Source: Flavobacteriales bacterium
Lineage (GTDB): Bacteria > Bacteroidota > Bacteroidia > Palsa-965
Direction of reading: 5' to 3'
Assembly (NCBI GenBank): GCA_040377305.1
Contig: JBEIPA010000014.1
Span: 1-64,000, forward strand
Length of the DNA stretch: 64,000 nt
Translations under genes and position numbers: made by a program
Shown here: in pieces, positions 10,709 to 19,687 of the stretch
Position numbering within the stretch: the stretch's first letter is position 1
Layout: every line of letters begins with the position of its first letter
Notes under the pieces: generated by a model
Seen by the model: only the letters and a program-made list of their open reading frames with translations
What the model was told of the DNA's origin: nothing
Database searches by the model: none

Positions 10709-11131
10709 TTAGTGCCACACGGATAAAATAATCCCCATCAGCGTCAATCCTACTACATGGTAGCCGGTATCGATAAACCAAAGTTTGAATGGTTTGCTCT
10801 GGTACAGATAGTTGATGCCCATTGGAAGCGCGCAGAATGCACCGCTCACGAATAAGCCCACTTTAATTCCGTTCATACACGTTCCAGGTGACTGCATTGC
10901 ATAAAGTGCAATCGCCATTCCGAGTGCCATGAGAATTCCGATCACAAAAGTACTACCGAATAACATAGGCATTTTTTTCTTCGACTCTTCATTCATTACT
11001 ATTTTATGAGAATCAGCCCAGTATTTTCCGAATACTGGAGGCGCATACCAGACTGCTCCGATTGCGAAATAAGCGACTCCGGCTACAATGATCTGAAGCC
11101 AGGGAGCGTGAGAAAAAAATTGTGATAACAT
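10709..11131 (-). CDS. DUF1761 family membrane protein
   Basis: WLQIIVAGVAYFAIGAVWYAPPVFGKYW and KPFKLWFIDTGYHVV motifs; 4 TM. Confidence 0.85.
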   Translation of the reverse strand: MLSQFFSHAPWLQIIVAGVAYFAIGAVWYAPPVFGKYWADSHKIVMNEESKKKMPMLFGSTFVIGILMALGMAIALYAMQSPGTCMNGIKVGLFVSGAFCALPMGINYLYQSKPFKLWFIDTGYHVVGLTLMGIILSVWH

Positions 11132-11292
11132 GGGCGTGTTTTTTTGGTTAATGAAATTTAACTCAATTACCAGCGAAACTTTGAAACTGGACACAACGAA
11201 TACTAACACCCGTTTGTTAACGAGATAAATATCCCTCTAAAAACTCCAATTTAACTGATGGTTCGGTATAGTCCGGTCTCTTATCAAAACGA

Positions 11293-12285
11293 CTACTTCG
11301 CTTTTTGCTTCAAAAGTTGCTTTGCGGCTTCTATCGCGTAGTCAGCATATTCATCATTTCGATCAATTATTGCCTCAAGCTCCTCTTTGCTTTTGTTCTT
11401 CCATCTCTGCGCCATTTCGTTGGCTTTCTCAACCATTTCCTCTTTCTCCTCTGCAACATCTTCGGCCGATTTCTTCTTCTGCAGAATGAACGGATAAAAC
11501 GAAGGTTCCTGAAACGGTTCGACACCAATCAGCTCTGCAATTTTCTCAAGTTCCTCATGCAGGAGATCAGTAACGATGATACGTTTTTGCGGTCCCGCTA
11601 CAATACGCATATATGACCACTGCCCAAGAATCGGTTTTTCCTGGTTGCGGATAATCCGGATCTGTGTGATTTCCGAAAACCGCACCGCGATCTCCTTGCC
11701 ACCTCGCTTCATTATAACTAATTTTTCACCGCTACTTATATTCAACTCCGCATTCCGGCTATAGAAAAGGTATTGAAAAAATAATATCCAGTATGGAGTA
11801 CTAACAGCAAACATGATCATCAATATCTTCTTCGTTGCCTGTGGATTGAAAGTCTTGTCTTCAAATAAATAAAATGCGAACGGTAACACGAAAAACAAAA
11901 CCGGAAAGAGTGTACGCAACGGGAAACGGAATTTCGCGGTGAAGTTTGCGTTCCGGATTTCCTCGTTTTCATCGAAATTGTATTTCTGCCGGACACGGTG
12001 ATTCCAGAAATCGTCCAGAAACTCTTCGATGGTGAAACCCGTCTTCACGCCGTCGTAAGGCACAAGTGTTTCAAATGAATGTTGTTCGTGAAAGCAGTTC
12101 AGGAAAAAACCCTCGCTTCTTGCGTGCGCAACTTCAACATAATAACGCTTGTTGAATTCAAAACGCAAAACTTCGTCTGAATGCGTATCTGCGAAGTCGC
12201 GAAATATTTTCAGGAACTCGTCTTGATCATCGATGCGTTGACTACTCTCGCTCTTCGGGGTTCTGGAACAGAGATAAGTGCGCAT
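11293..12285 (-). CDS. Hypothetical membrane protein (2 TM, possible PH-like C-domain)
   Basis: 330-aa ORF directly downstream of the ALDH; two hydrophobic segments; C-terminal KSKEELEAII..Y...AIEAA motif. Confidence 0.55.
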   Translation of the reverse strand: MRTYLCSRTPKSESSQRIDDQDEFLKIFRDFADTHSDEVLRFEFNKRYYVEVAHARSEGFFLNCFHEQHSFETLVPYDGVKTGFTIEEFLDDFWNHRVRQKYNFDENEEIRNANFTAKFRFPLRTLFPVLFFVLPFAFYLFEDKTFNPQATKKILMIMFAVSTPYWILFFQYLFYSRNAELNISSGEKLVIMKRGGKEIAVRFSEITQIRIIRNQEKPILGQWSYMRIVAGPQKRIIVTDLLHEELEKIAELIGVEPFQEPSFYPFILQKKKSAEDVAEEKEEMVEKANEMAQRWKNKSKEELEAIIDRNDEYADYAIEAAKQLLKQKAK

Positions 12286-12288
12286 AAA

Positions 12289-13734
12289 TTACTTCAGCTT
12301 AATACACACATTCTTCGGCTCCGTGAAAAACCGCAACGCTTCGAAGCCACCTTCGCGACCAACACCGGAACCTTTCATTCCGCCGAACGGTGTACGCAAA
12401 TCGCGCAGCAACCAACAGTTGATCCAGATGATGCCGCTGTGTACGTTTGCAGCCATGCGGTGTGCGCGCGTGAGATCGTTGGTCCAGATGGAAGCTGCGA
12501 GTCCGTAGATCGTGCTGTTTGCCATCATCAACACTTCTTCTTCTGTGTCGAAAGGCATGATGGTGACAACCGGTCCGAAAATTTCTTCCTGGTTCGTGCG
12601 GCAATTGTAAGGCAAACCTTCAATGACCGTTGGCTCGATGTAATAACCATCTTTCAGATCGCCATCCAGCATGAAACGATTTCCTCCGGCGAGAACTGTT
12701 CCGCCTTCTTGTTTCGCAAGCTCAATGTAAGAAAGAACTTTCTCCATGTGCGATTTCGACACGATCGCGCCCATGCGTGTTTTTTCATTCGATGGATCGC
12801 CCGGTTTCAATTGCGACGCTTTCTCAGCAAAAGCTGCCTTGAATTTTTCGTACAACGGGCGCTCCACAAAAATGCGCGAGCCGCACAAACATATTTCGCC
12901 CTGATTCGCGAAAGAAGACTGAATTGTTGTCTTCAGCATCGTATCGAAATCGCAATCAGCAAAAATGATGTTTGGATTTTTTCCGCCGAGTTCCAGTGAA
13001 AGCTTTTTGAACTTCGGAGCAGCACTCGCCGCAATTGCAGCACCGGTAACCGTTCCGCCCGTGAATGAAATCGCTTTGATATCGGGATGATCAACAATTG
13101 CTTGTCCGCATTTGCCACCGAGACCGTGAACGATATTCAAAACACCCGCAGGCAATCCGGCTTCGATGCACGCTTTCGACAACATGTACGCCGTCATTGG
13201 TGTAATCTCCGATGGTTTTGCAACAACACAATTTCCTGCTGCAATCGCCGGAGCAATTTTCCAGGTGAAGAGATACAGCGGAAGATTCCACGGAGAAATA
13301 CATCCTACAACGCCAATCGGTGTACGCATCGTGTAATTCACTGCTGTGTCTTCTGTGATGTGCGACTCCGCAGCAAAGTGCATAATTCCTGTTGCGAAAA
13401 ATTCGAGATTGGAAACAGCGCGCGGAATATCAACAAGGCTTGCGGTGTGAACAGATTTTCCATTGTCTTTCGATTCTGCTTTCACATACGCCTCCATATC
13501 GCGCTCAATGATTGCCGCAATTTTCAGCATGAGCTTCGCGCGTTTCTCAACGGGCGTCACCGACCATGTTGGGAATGCCGTTTTCGCAGCCTGAACAGCA
13601 AGATCTACATCCTTCGCATCGGAATCAGGAATAAGTGAATACACTTTTCCCGTTGCCGGTTGAAAGTTGTCGATGTAGTTTCCGCTTTGAGGAGCGAGGA
13701 GCTGACCGTTGATGTAGTTCTGAAGTTTTTCCAT
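12289..13734 (-). CDS. Aldehyde dehydrogenase, 2-aminomuconate/2-hydroxymuconate semialdehyde dehydrogenase-like (ALDH8 type)
   Basis: ISPWNLPLYLFTWKIAPA, FTGGT, LELGGKNP, catalytic NQGEICLCGSR, EEIFGPV, WINCWLLRDLRTPFGG. Confidence 0.9.
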   Translation of the reverse strand: MEKLQNYINGQLLAPQSGNYIDNFQPATGKVYSLIPDSDAKDVDLAVQAAKTAFPTWSVTPVEKRAKLMLKIAAIIERDMEAYVKAESKDNGKSVHTASLVDIPRAVSNLEFFATGIMHFAAESHITEDTAVNYTMRTPIGVVGCISPWNLPLYLFTWKIAPAIAAGNCVVAKPSEITPMTAYMLSKACIEAGLPAGVLNIVHGLGGKCGQAIVDHPDIKAISFTGGTVTGAAIAASAAPKFKKLSLELGGKNPNIIFADCDFDTMLKTTIQSSFANQGEICLCGSRIFVERPLYEKFKAAFAEKASQLKPGDPSNEKTRMGAIVSKSHMEKVLSYIELAKQEGGTVLAGGNRFMLDGDLKDGYYIEPTVIEGLPYNCRTNQEEIFGPVVTIMPFDTEEEVLMMANSTIYGLAASIWTNDLTRAHRMAANVHSGIIWINCWLLRDLRTPFGGMKGSGVGREGGFEALRFFTEPKNVCIKLK

Positions 13735-13799
13735 TGCGTTGCAAATTTACGAACCGCAGCGACACACGACGCAGGGTTATTTGAGCATTTCTGATATCC

Positions 13800-15146
13800 T
13801 CAGAAGCGTATTCCCACTATAAGCACATCATCCACCTGGTCCAGTTCGCCTTTCCATTTGTTGAATTCGTTGGCAAAACGCTCGCTTTGCGCGTTCAGCT
13901 GAACCGCAGTAAGTTGCAACATAAGTTCTTTCAGTCCGCTTCGCTTGAACTTCTTGCCTTTGTCTCCTCCGAACTGATCTGCGAAACCGTCTGTTGTGAG
14001 ATAGAGTAAATCTCCCTGCTTCACAGCAATCTCATGAAGTGCAAATGGTGTTTGCTTTTCACCTTTCCCAATAGGCATTTTGTCTACAGGTAACTCCATC
14101 GCCACTCCATTGCTTACAATGACCGGCGCGTTATTCGCTGCTGCATACGTGATGCGACGATTCTGCTTTTCAAAGCGGACGAGAATTCCATCCATTCCGT
14201 CCTGTGAATCGTTCTGTGAAAGATTAGAAATGAGTTGATTTCTGGTGTGATCGAGAATCAAGTTTGGTTCTGCAATTTTCTTTTCAGTAATCGCCTCATT
14301 CAGAAAAGAAATATTCAGAAGACTCATGAATGCGCCGGGAACTCCATGGCCGGTTGAATCGCACACGGCCAGATAAAATGAATCCGGTGTTTCAGTGCAC
14401 CAGTAGAAATCTCCGCTAACAATGTCTTTCGGAAGGTACAGCACGAAAAAATCCTTCAGTCCTTTCTGCAGCTGAGAATCGTGTGCGAGCAGCGACTGCT
14501 GGATACGTTTTGCATAGGTGATGCTGTCTGTAATTTCCTTCTGCTTTTCCTCGAGTTTTAACTTTTGCAACTGAAGTTGATCCTCTGCATTTTTTCTGAA
14601 GACAACCTCAGTCTTAAACTTCTGGTTCCACGCCAACATACTTACCGCGAGTACAACCGCACCTGCAATCATCAGTTCAACTGATGCTGGCCAATGTTGC
14701 AGTTTAAATAGCATTCCGAGGAACAGAAATCCGGTGCCGAGAAAATCAAACAGGCTGAATAAAAACGCAGTGAACTTTGAACGTGAATATTCTTTCCACT
14801 TTTCGTACTTGTTCTTCAGGGCGAGTGTTCCGTAGGTAAAGCAGAATAGGAATATTCCTAAGATCAGTTGAATCCCGGCTGATGGCCAACGTCTCCAGAT
14901 AAAGAGGCATGCAGAAAGTACTATGCAAAACACCCCGATCAATATTCGGTTCGCGATTTTTCTTCTTCTTTTCAGCGGCAGGTGAAATGCCAGCAGCGCA
15001 GGCGATGTAAATAAAGAAAGTACCATTACAATTACAAATGGAACGAAGTATGCAGGATTAATATCCACTTGCGCGATCATCACATATAAAAAGCAGGGAA
15101 CGCACAGAATGGCTACCACTAATAATATCATGGCAAGCCTTCTCAT
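13800..15146 (-). CDS. Multi-TM SpoIIE/PP2C-type phosphatase
   Basis: About 6 N-terminal TM helices; PKDIVSGDFYW, DSTGHGVPGA, DGMDG, TDGFADQFGG, QVDDVLIVG. Confidence 0.88.
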   Translation of the reverse strand: MRRLAMILLVVAILCVPCFLYVMIAQVDINPAYFVPFVIVMVLSLFTSPALLAFHLPLKRRRKIANRILIGVFCIVLSACLFIWRRWPSAGIQLILGIFLFCFTYGTLALKNKYEKWKEYSRSKFTAFLFSLFDFLGTGFLFLGMLFKLQHWPASVELMIAGAVVLAVSMLAWNQKFKTEVVFRKNAEDQLQLQKLKLEEKQKEITDSITYAKRIQQSLLAHDSQLQKGLKDFFVLYLPKDIVSGDFYWCTETPDSFYLAVCDSTGHGVPGAFMSLLNISFLNEAITEKKIAEPNLILDHTRNQLISNLSQNDSQDGMDGILVRFEKQNRRITYAAANNAPVIVSNGVAMELPVDKMPIGKGEKQTPFALHEIAVKQGDLLYLTTDGFADQFGGDKGKKFKRSGLKELMLQLTAVQLNAQSERFANEFNKWKGELDQVDDVLIVGIRF

Positions 15147-16399
15147 GGTATATAGTTTTTTACAGCTACTCCGTTCAGTCCGTTAGTCATCCGATTGATC
15201 TGATTCTGCTGCGCCTCAATAATCAGCTTATCCCGTCTACGATTTGAGGCAGCAATCACCGCGAAAATAATTCCTCCCACAACAACGAAGAAGCCGACTA
15301 TTCCGGCAATTATCCATAGCGCATTTCTCTGCTTTCCCGATTCCTGCTTCTCCAGTTGATTCTCTAGTTGTGCAATCTGCATTTCCTTTTGTTCGCTGTC
15401 GTATTTCTCCTGAAGCTCCAGCAACCTTTGCGCATTGTTCTCGTTGTAAATCGAATCGCTGAACTCTTTGAACTTGATATGACTGAGATACGCATTTTTG
15501 TAATCGCCAACTGCAACATAATCCTGTGAAAGCTGATTGTACAAATCGCTGAGTGCATCGATGTAACCCACTTTTTCACTCATGTCTATCATTTCGCGAT
15601 GCCATTCCATAGCAGAAGAAGATTCTCCTTTGATGCGATAGAGGTTGCCGACGTTCACTCCGGCATCAATCATCATGGTGTATTCGCCCGCACCTTCTGC
15701 AAGAGCGTATGATGCCATGTAACACTTCATCGCGCTATCTCTCATTCCGAGATTCTGGTAACATACACCGGCGTTGTTCAAGGCTTGTGCTTCCAGAAGC
15801 GGATCGCCGATATCATGTGCAATGCTTGCTGTTTTGTTGCAGTATTCTTTCGCTTTCTCGTTTTCATTTTGCGCGAGATACAATCCTCCGATGTTAAGTG
15901 AAACCATCGCGACCCGTTCAACGTCGCCGGTCACTTCAAAAATCCCTTCCGCTCTGCGATAGTAATCCATTGCTTCTGTGGGCTTACCCATGTCGGTGTA
16001 AATGTTGCCGAGATTGATGTAGCTTTTCCCAACACCATTCTGATCGCCGATCTGCTCACGTAGTTGTAACGCCTGCAAATGTGCAGCGAGTGCTTCCGGT
16101 AAATTTCCACGACGGTATTCTACAACACCAATTGTAGATTGCGAAGTTGCTTTTCCCTTTGGAAAGTCGAGGGTGGTTGAAAGCTCAAAGGCCTGCTTCG
16201 AATACGCTATTGCCTGGGAAGGATTCTCCACGCGTAACATCCATGCGATCGCGAGAAGTGAGTTCACTTTATTCGTGTCGTTCGGCTGAGTTGCAATAAC
16301 GCCTCTGATGCTGTCGGCTTCACCGTTCTGCGCACACAAATCATGCACATTCAAAAGCAGCCAAAACACGCTAAAAACGAAGATGATGGGTTTTTTCAC
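15143..16399 (-). CDS. TPR-repeat periplasmic protein with C-terminal TM anchor and no output domain
   Basis: Signal peptide; TPRs (SYINLGNIY, ALNNAGVCY); ELQEKYDSEQKE coiled coil; TM; short tail; 4-nt overlap with the next gene. Confidence 0.85.
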   Translation of the reverse strand: MKKPIIFVFSVFWLLLNVHDLCAQNGEADSIRGVIATQPNDTNKVNSLLAIAWMLRVENPSQAIAYSKQAFELSTTLDFPKGKATSQSTIGVVEYRRGNLPEALAAHLQALQLREQIGDQNGVGKSYINLGNIYTDMGKPTEAMDYYRRAEGIFEVTGDVERVAMVSLNIGGLYLAQNENEKAKEYCNKTASIAHDIGDPLLEAQALNNAGVCYQNLGMRDSAMKCYMASYALAEGAGEYTMMIDAGVNVGNLYRIKGESSSAMEWHREMIDMSEKVGYIDALSDLYNQLSQDYVAVGDYKNAYLSHIKFKEFSDSIYNENNAQRLLELQEKYDSEQKEMQIAQLENQLEKQESGKQRNALWIIAGIVGFFVVVGGIIFAVIAASNRRRDKLIIEAQQNQINRMTNGLNGVAVKNYIP

Positions 16400-16571
16400 G
16401 GAACGTAAAGCTAATTAAGTATTGGAAGTTTCGTTGGTTCTTAACTTTAAAAGGTCTCATCATCCAAACCGGTTTAATGACGAGAATCAGCGAAATTTTT
16501 GAGATTTTAGACAAATATGTGACACATACCGATTGCTATTGGGGGAAATTTGTGCCAGCGAACACATTTTT

Positions 16572-17804
16572 GTGCAGAAAATAGCATTAGTCGTTTTATC
16601 TCACCACAGTCTTGATGTACAGGATGTCGGGCGTTTTCATATTGATGAAGATCGGCTCGGTGACGTCCTGAAACAGGTAAAGAATGCATGTGGTATTGAG
16701 GAGCTCATGTATCTCTCCACGTGTAATCGCGTAGAGTTCACAGTGGTGTCGCATCATGAATACAACAGAAATTTCCTGAACCTGTTTTTCTCTGCGCTGT
16801 TTACAGATCGCACGGAAGATATTGCGCTTGCTGTAAACAAAGCCAATGTTTTCGTTGGAGAAGATGCATTGCGCCATTCCTGCGAAGTTGCGGCTTCACT
16901 CGATTCTCTGGTAGTTGGTGAACGTGAAATTATCGCGCAGGTGCGTAACGCTTACGAGCAATGTCACGCACTTGGTTTGACCGGCGATAAAATTCGTGTT
17001 CTCGTGAAGAAAACGATCGAGACCGCGAAAATCATTTACACCGAAACTGATATCGCCCGCAATCCTGTTTCAGTGGTTTCACTTGCATATCGTAAGCTGA
17101 AAGCATTGCAGGTTCCGATCGAAGCAAAATTCATTCTCATAGGCGCTGGTGTTACGAACACGGCAATGGCGCGCTATCTGAAAAAGCACGGTTACAAGAA
17201 CTTTGCTGTTTTCAATCGCACCCTGGAGAATGCGAACAAACTCGCAACAGAACTTGGCGGAACAGCATACGAACTTTCTGTTCTGGATAAATATTCTGAC
17301 GGATTTGATGTGATCGTGACCTGCACTGCGAGTGAAGGAAGTGTGATCACTGAAAAAATATATCGTGCACTCGTTGGAGAAGATCGCAAGCGTAAAGTGG
17401 TGATTGATCTGGCTGTACCGAATGATCTGGACCCTGCAATCCTCAATAACTGGGAAGTAAACCTCATTGCGGTGAACAACCTCAACGATGTGGCAGCAGA
17501 TAATCTGAAAGAACGTGTTAAAGCGGTTGCTGTTTGTCGTGGCATTATCGACAACGCCATCGTAGAATTTCGCTCACAGTTCCGCATGCGCCAGGTAGAA
17601 ATTGCAATGCAGTCTGTTCCTGAGAAAGTGAAAGAAATCCGCAACGCTGTTCTGCACACTGTATTCGTTGAAGAAATCAAGGGACTCGATGCAAATTCGA
17701 AAGAAGTGCTCGAGAAAGTGATGAGCTACATGGAGAAGAAGTATATTTCTGTGCCGATGAAAATGGCAAGAGAAATTATTACCGCTGAGGCGCACGTGAA
17801 ATGA
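16572..17804 (+). CDS. hemA: Glutamyl-tRNA reductase
   Basis: LSTCNRVE catalytic motif, SLDSLVVGEREI, IGAG, IDLAVPND; start codon (GTG 16572) uncertain. Confidence 0.95.
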   Translation: MQKIALVVLSHHSLDVQDVGRFHIDEDRLGDVLKQVKNACGIEELMYLSTCNRVEFTVVSHHEYNRNFLNLFFSALFTDRTEDIALAVNKANVFVGEDALRHSCEVAASLDSLVVGEREIIAQVRNAYEQCHALGLTGDKIRVLVKKTIETAKIIYTETDIARNPVSVVSLAYRKLKALQVPIEAKFILIGAGVTNTAMARYLKKHGYKNFAVFNRTLENANKLATELGGTAYELSVLDKYSDGFDVIVTCTASEGSVITEKIYRALVGEDRKRKVVIDLAVPNDLDPAILNNWEVNLIAVNNLNDVAADNLKERVKAVAVCRGIIDNAIVEFRSQFRMRQVEIAMQSVPEKVKEIRNAVLHTVFVEEIKGLDANSKEVLEKVMSYMEKKYISVPMKMAREIITAEAHVK

Positions 17805-17902
17805 TGTGCAGATTTGCAAATGTGCGGATGTGCAGATTCATTAATTGTTAGCAGCTAGCACCAACAGCATTTTCACATCCGCACATCTTCAAATTTGCAC
17901 AT
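17804..17902. repeat. Inverted octamer-repeat arms (ATGTGCNG)
   Basis: ATGTGCAG-ATTTGCAA-ATGTGCGG-ATGTGCAG ... TTCACAT-CCGCACAT-CTTCAAAT-TTGCACAT; begins in the hemA stop codon. Confidence 0.85.
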
Positions 17903-17913
17903 AGACCAGAGTC

Positions 17914-18021
17914 GTGAATCGAAAACTCATCATAGCATCCCGCGGAGGTGAACTTGCTCTTTGGCAGGCGAACCGATGTGCCGATGTGCCGATATGCAGA
18001 TATGCCGATACCAGAACTTAG
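17914..18021 (+). pseudogene. Duplicate 5' fragment of hemC (20 codons) fused to an octamer repeat arm; 35-codon mini-ORF
   Basis: VNRKLIIASRGGELALWQAN-RCADVPICRYADTRT* versus HemC MNRKIVIASRGSELALWQAN; the TAG is directly followed by the hemC ATG. Confidence 0.8.
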
Positions 18022-19593
18022 ATGAACAGAAAAATTGTCATCGCATCTCGAGGAAGTGAGCTAGCCCTGTGGCAGGCCAATTTCGTATGCGATCAACTCA
18101 AAGAAATTGGAATTCGATCGGAAATCAAAATCATCAAGACGCAAGGTGATAAGATTCAGCATTTGAGTCTGGATAAGCTGGAAGGCAAAGGTTTTTTCAC
18201 GAAGGAAATTGAAGAAGCCTTGCTGAAGAAAGAAGCTGATCTTGCAGTGCATTCGCATAAAGATTTGCCGACTGAATCGCCGGAAGGATTAGTTGTGGCA
18301 GCGGTTTCTTACCGGGAGAATCCGGGAGAGCTGTTGATCATCCGGAAAGAATGCACGGACAACAAAAAGAAATTTCAGCTTAAAATGAATGCGATTGTGG
18401 GCACATCTTCCGCGAGAAGAAAAACGCAATTGCTGGCTTATCGTCCGGATATACAACTGAAAGACATTCGCGGTAACGTTCCTACGCGTATTGAGAAATT
18501 ACGCAATGGAGATTTTGATGCTATTCTTCTCGCTGCGGCAGGAGTTGAACGCTTGAATATTGATCTGAGCGAATTTCAGGTAGAACGTCCTACGCCAACA
18601 GAATTCATTCCTTCACCCGCACAAGGCGTTCTTGCGTTGCAAACGCGGGAAGAAGATCATGAACTCATTGCGGCTTTGCAGAAAATTCATCATCCCGATG
18701 TACAGGAATGCATTGCTATTGAACGGAAAATTCTGAATCTCTTTCAAGGCGGTTGTCAGATGCCACTCGGTGCCTATTGCGACAAAGAAGAAGATACGTT
18801 TCGTGTGTGGACCGTAATGTCGAAAGAATGGAACACTCCTTTGCGAACGCTTTACAATGAGAGTGCAGATCCAACAGTGTTGCCTCAGCGCATCGTGAAC
18901 AAATTGCAGGCGTTCAAACCTGTTTCCGTCTATATCACACGCGATCTTCGCGAAAACGATTTCTTCTCACAAGTATTGAAAGCAAACGGCTGTGATGTAC
19001 ACGGACTCGCGCTTATCGACACGCAACGCATCATTGCAAAGAAAATTCCTCAGGCCGATTGGATTTTCTTCTCCAGCAAAAACGGGGTGAAACATTTTCT
19101 TGCGCAAACAAAAGTTGAGCCCGGACAGAAACTCGCTGCAGTTGGCAAAGGAACTTCGGATGAATTGCGCAAACACAACCTGCGTGCCGATTTCATTGGA
19201 GGAACAGCAGATACACGCATCATTGCAAAACAATTCGGCGCGGTGTGCGGAAGATCAACTGTGCTTTTCCCGCAAGCCAAAGGCAGCATGAAAACGGTTC
19301 AGCAGCAATTACCAACTGCCAAAGTAATTGACCTCACCGTTTACGAAACATTGACCCGTCCTGCGAAAGATATTCCCACATGTGATGTGCTGGTCTTCAC
19401 CAGTCCGTCGAATGTAGAAGCATATTTTGCATCAAACACGATTTCAAAAACACAGAAAGTCGTTGCAATGGGTCACGCCACGGGCAGCACGCTGAAAGAA
19501 AAGGGAATTGTCAGCTTCGTTACTCCCGGAACGTTTGATGATGCGGGGTTAGTGAGAGCGGTGATGGGAATGGCAGTACTCGATACGAAATAA
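18022..19593 (+). CDS. hemC: Hydroxymethylbilane synthase fused to uroporphyrinogen-III synthase (HemC-HemD)
   Basis: SRGSELALWQA, GKGFFTKEIE, VHSHKDLP, GTSSARR, IRGNVPTR, cofactor Cys GGCQMPLG; C-terminal about 220 aa with WIFFSSKNGV, AVGKGT, FTSPSNV typical of HemD. Confidence 0.93.
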   Translation: MNRKIVIASRGSELALWQANFVCDQLKEIGIRSEIKIIKTQGDKIQHLSLDKLEGKGFFTKEIEEALLKKEADLAVHSHKDLPTESPEGLVVAAVSYRENPGELLIIRKECTDNKKKFQLKMNAIVGTSSARRKTQLLAYRPDIQLKDIRGNVPTRIEKLRNGDFDAILLAAAGVERLNIDLSEFQVERPTPTEFIPSPAQGVLALQTREEDHELIAALQKIHHPDVQECIAIERKILNLFQGGCQMPLGAYCDKEEDTFRVWTVMSKEWNTPLRTLYNESADPTVLPQRIVNKLQAFKPVSVYITRDLRENDFFSQVLKANGCDVHGLALIDTQRIIAKKIPQADWIFFSSKNGVKHFLAQTKVEPGQKLAAVGKGTSDELRKHNLRADFIGGTADTRIIAKQFGAVCGRSTVLFPQAKGSMKTVQQQLPTAKVIDLTVYETLTRPAKDIPTCDVLVFTSPSNVEAYFASNTISKTQKVVAMGHATGSTLKEKGIVSFVTPGTFDDAGLVRAVMGMAVLDTK

Positions 19594-19611
19594 TACCTTC
19601 ACGCTTATCAA

Positions 19612-19635
19612 CCTTCGGCTTCGCTCAGTCTGACA
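19612..19635. repeat. Single arm of a REP-like element
   Basis: CCTTCGGCTTCGCTCAGTCTGACA resembles, from memory, GTCAnnCTGAGCGnAGTCGAAG-type bacterial intergenic repeats. Confidence 0.4.
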
Positions 19636-19687
19636 ATATACCGGAAACTAAATTCCGCCAATCAGAAATTAATAATCAGCTAATCAC

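Noticed and set aside
12181-12999. 272-aa plus-strand ORF (and 13087-13638)
   Set aside because: Antisense to the well-conserved aldehyde dehydrogenase; no recognisable motifs.
17914-18081. DGR template/variable repeat pair, suggested by the Avd-like gene in the window
   Set aside because: Mismatches are not adenine-specific and are mostly silent third positions; no reverse transcriptase is in the window.
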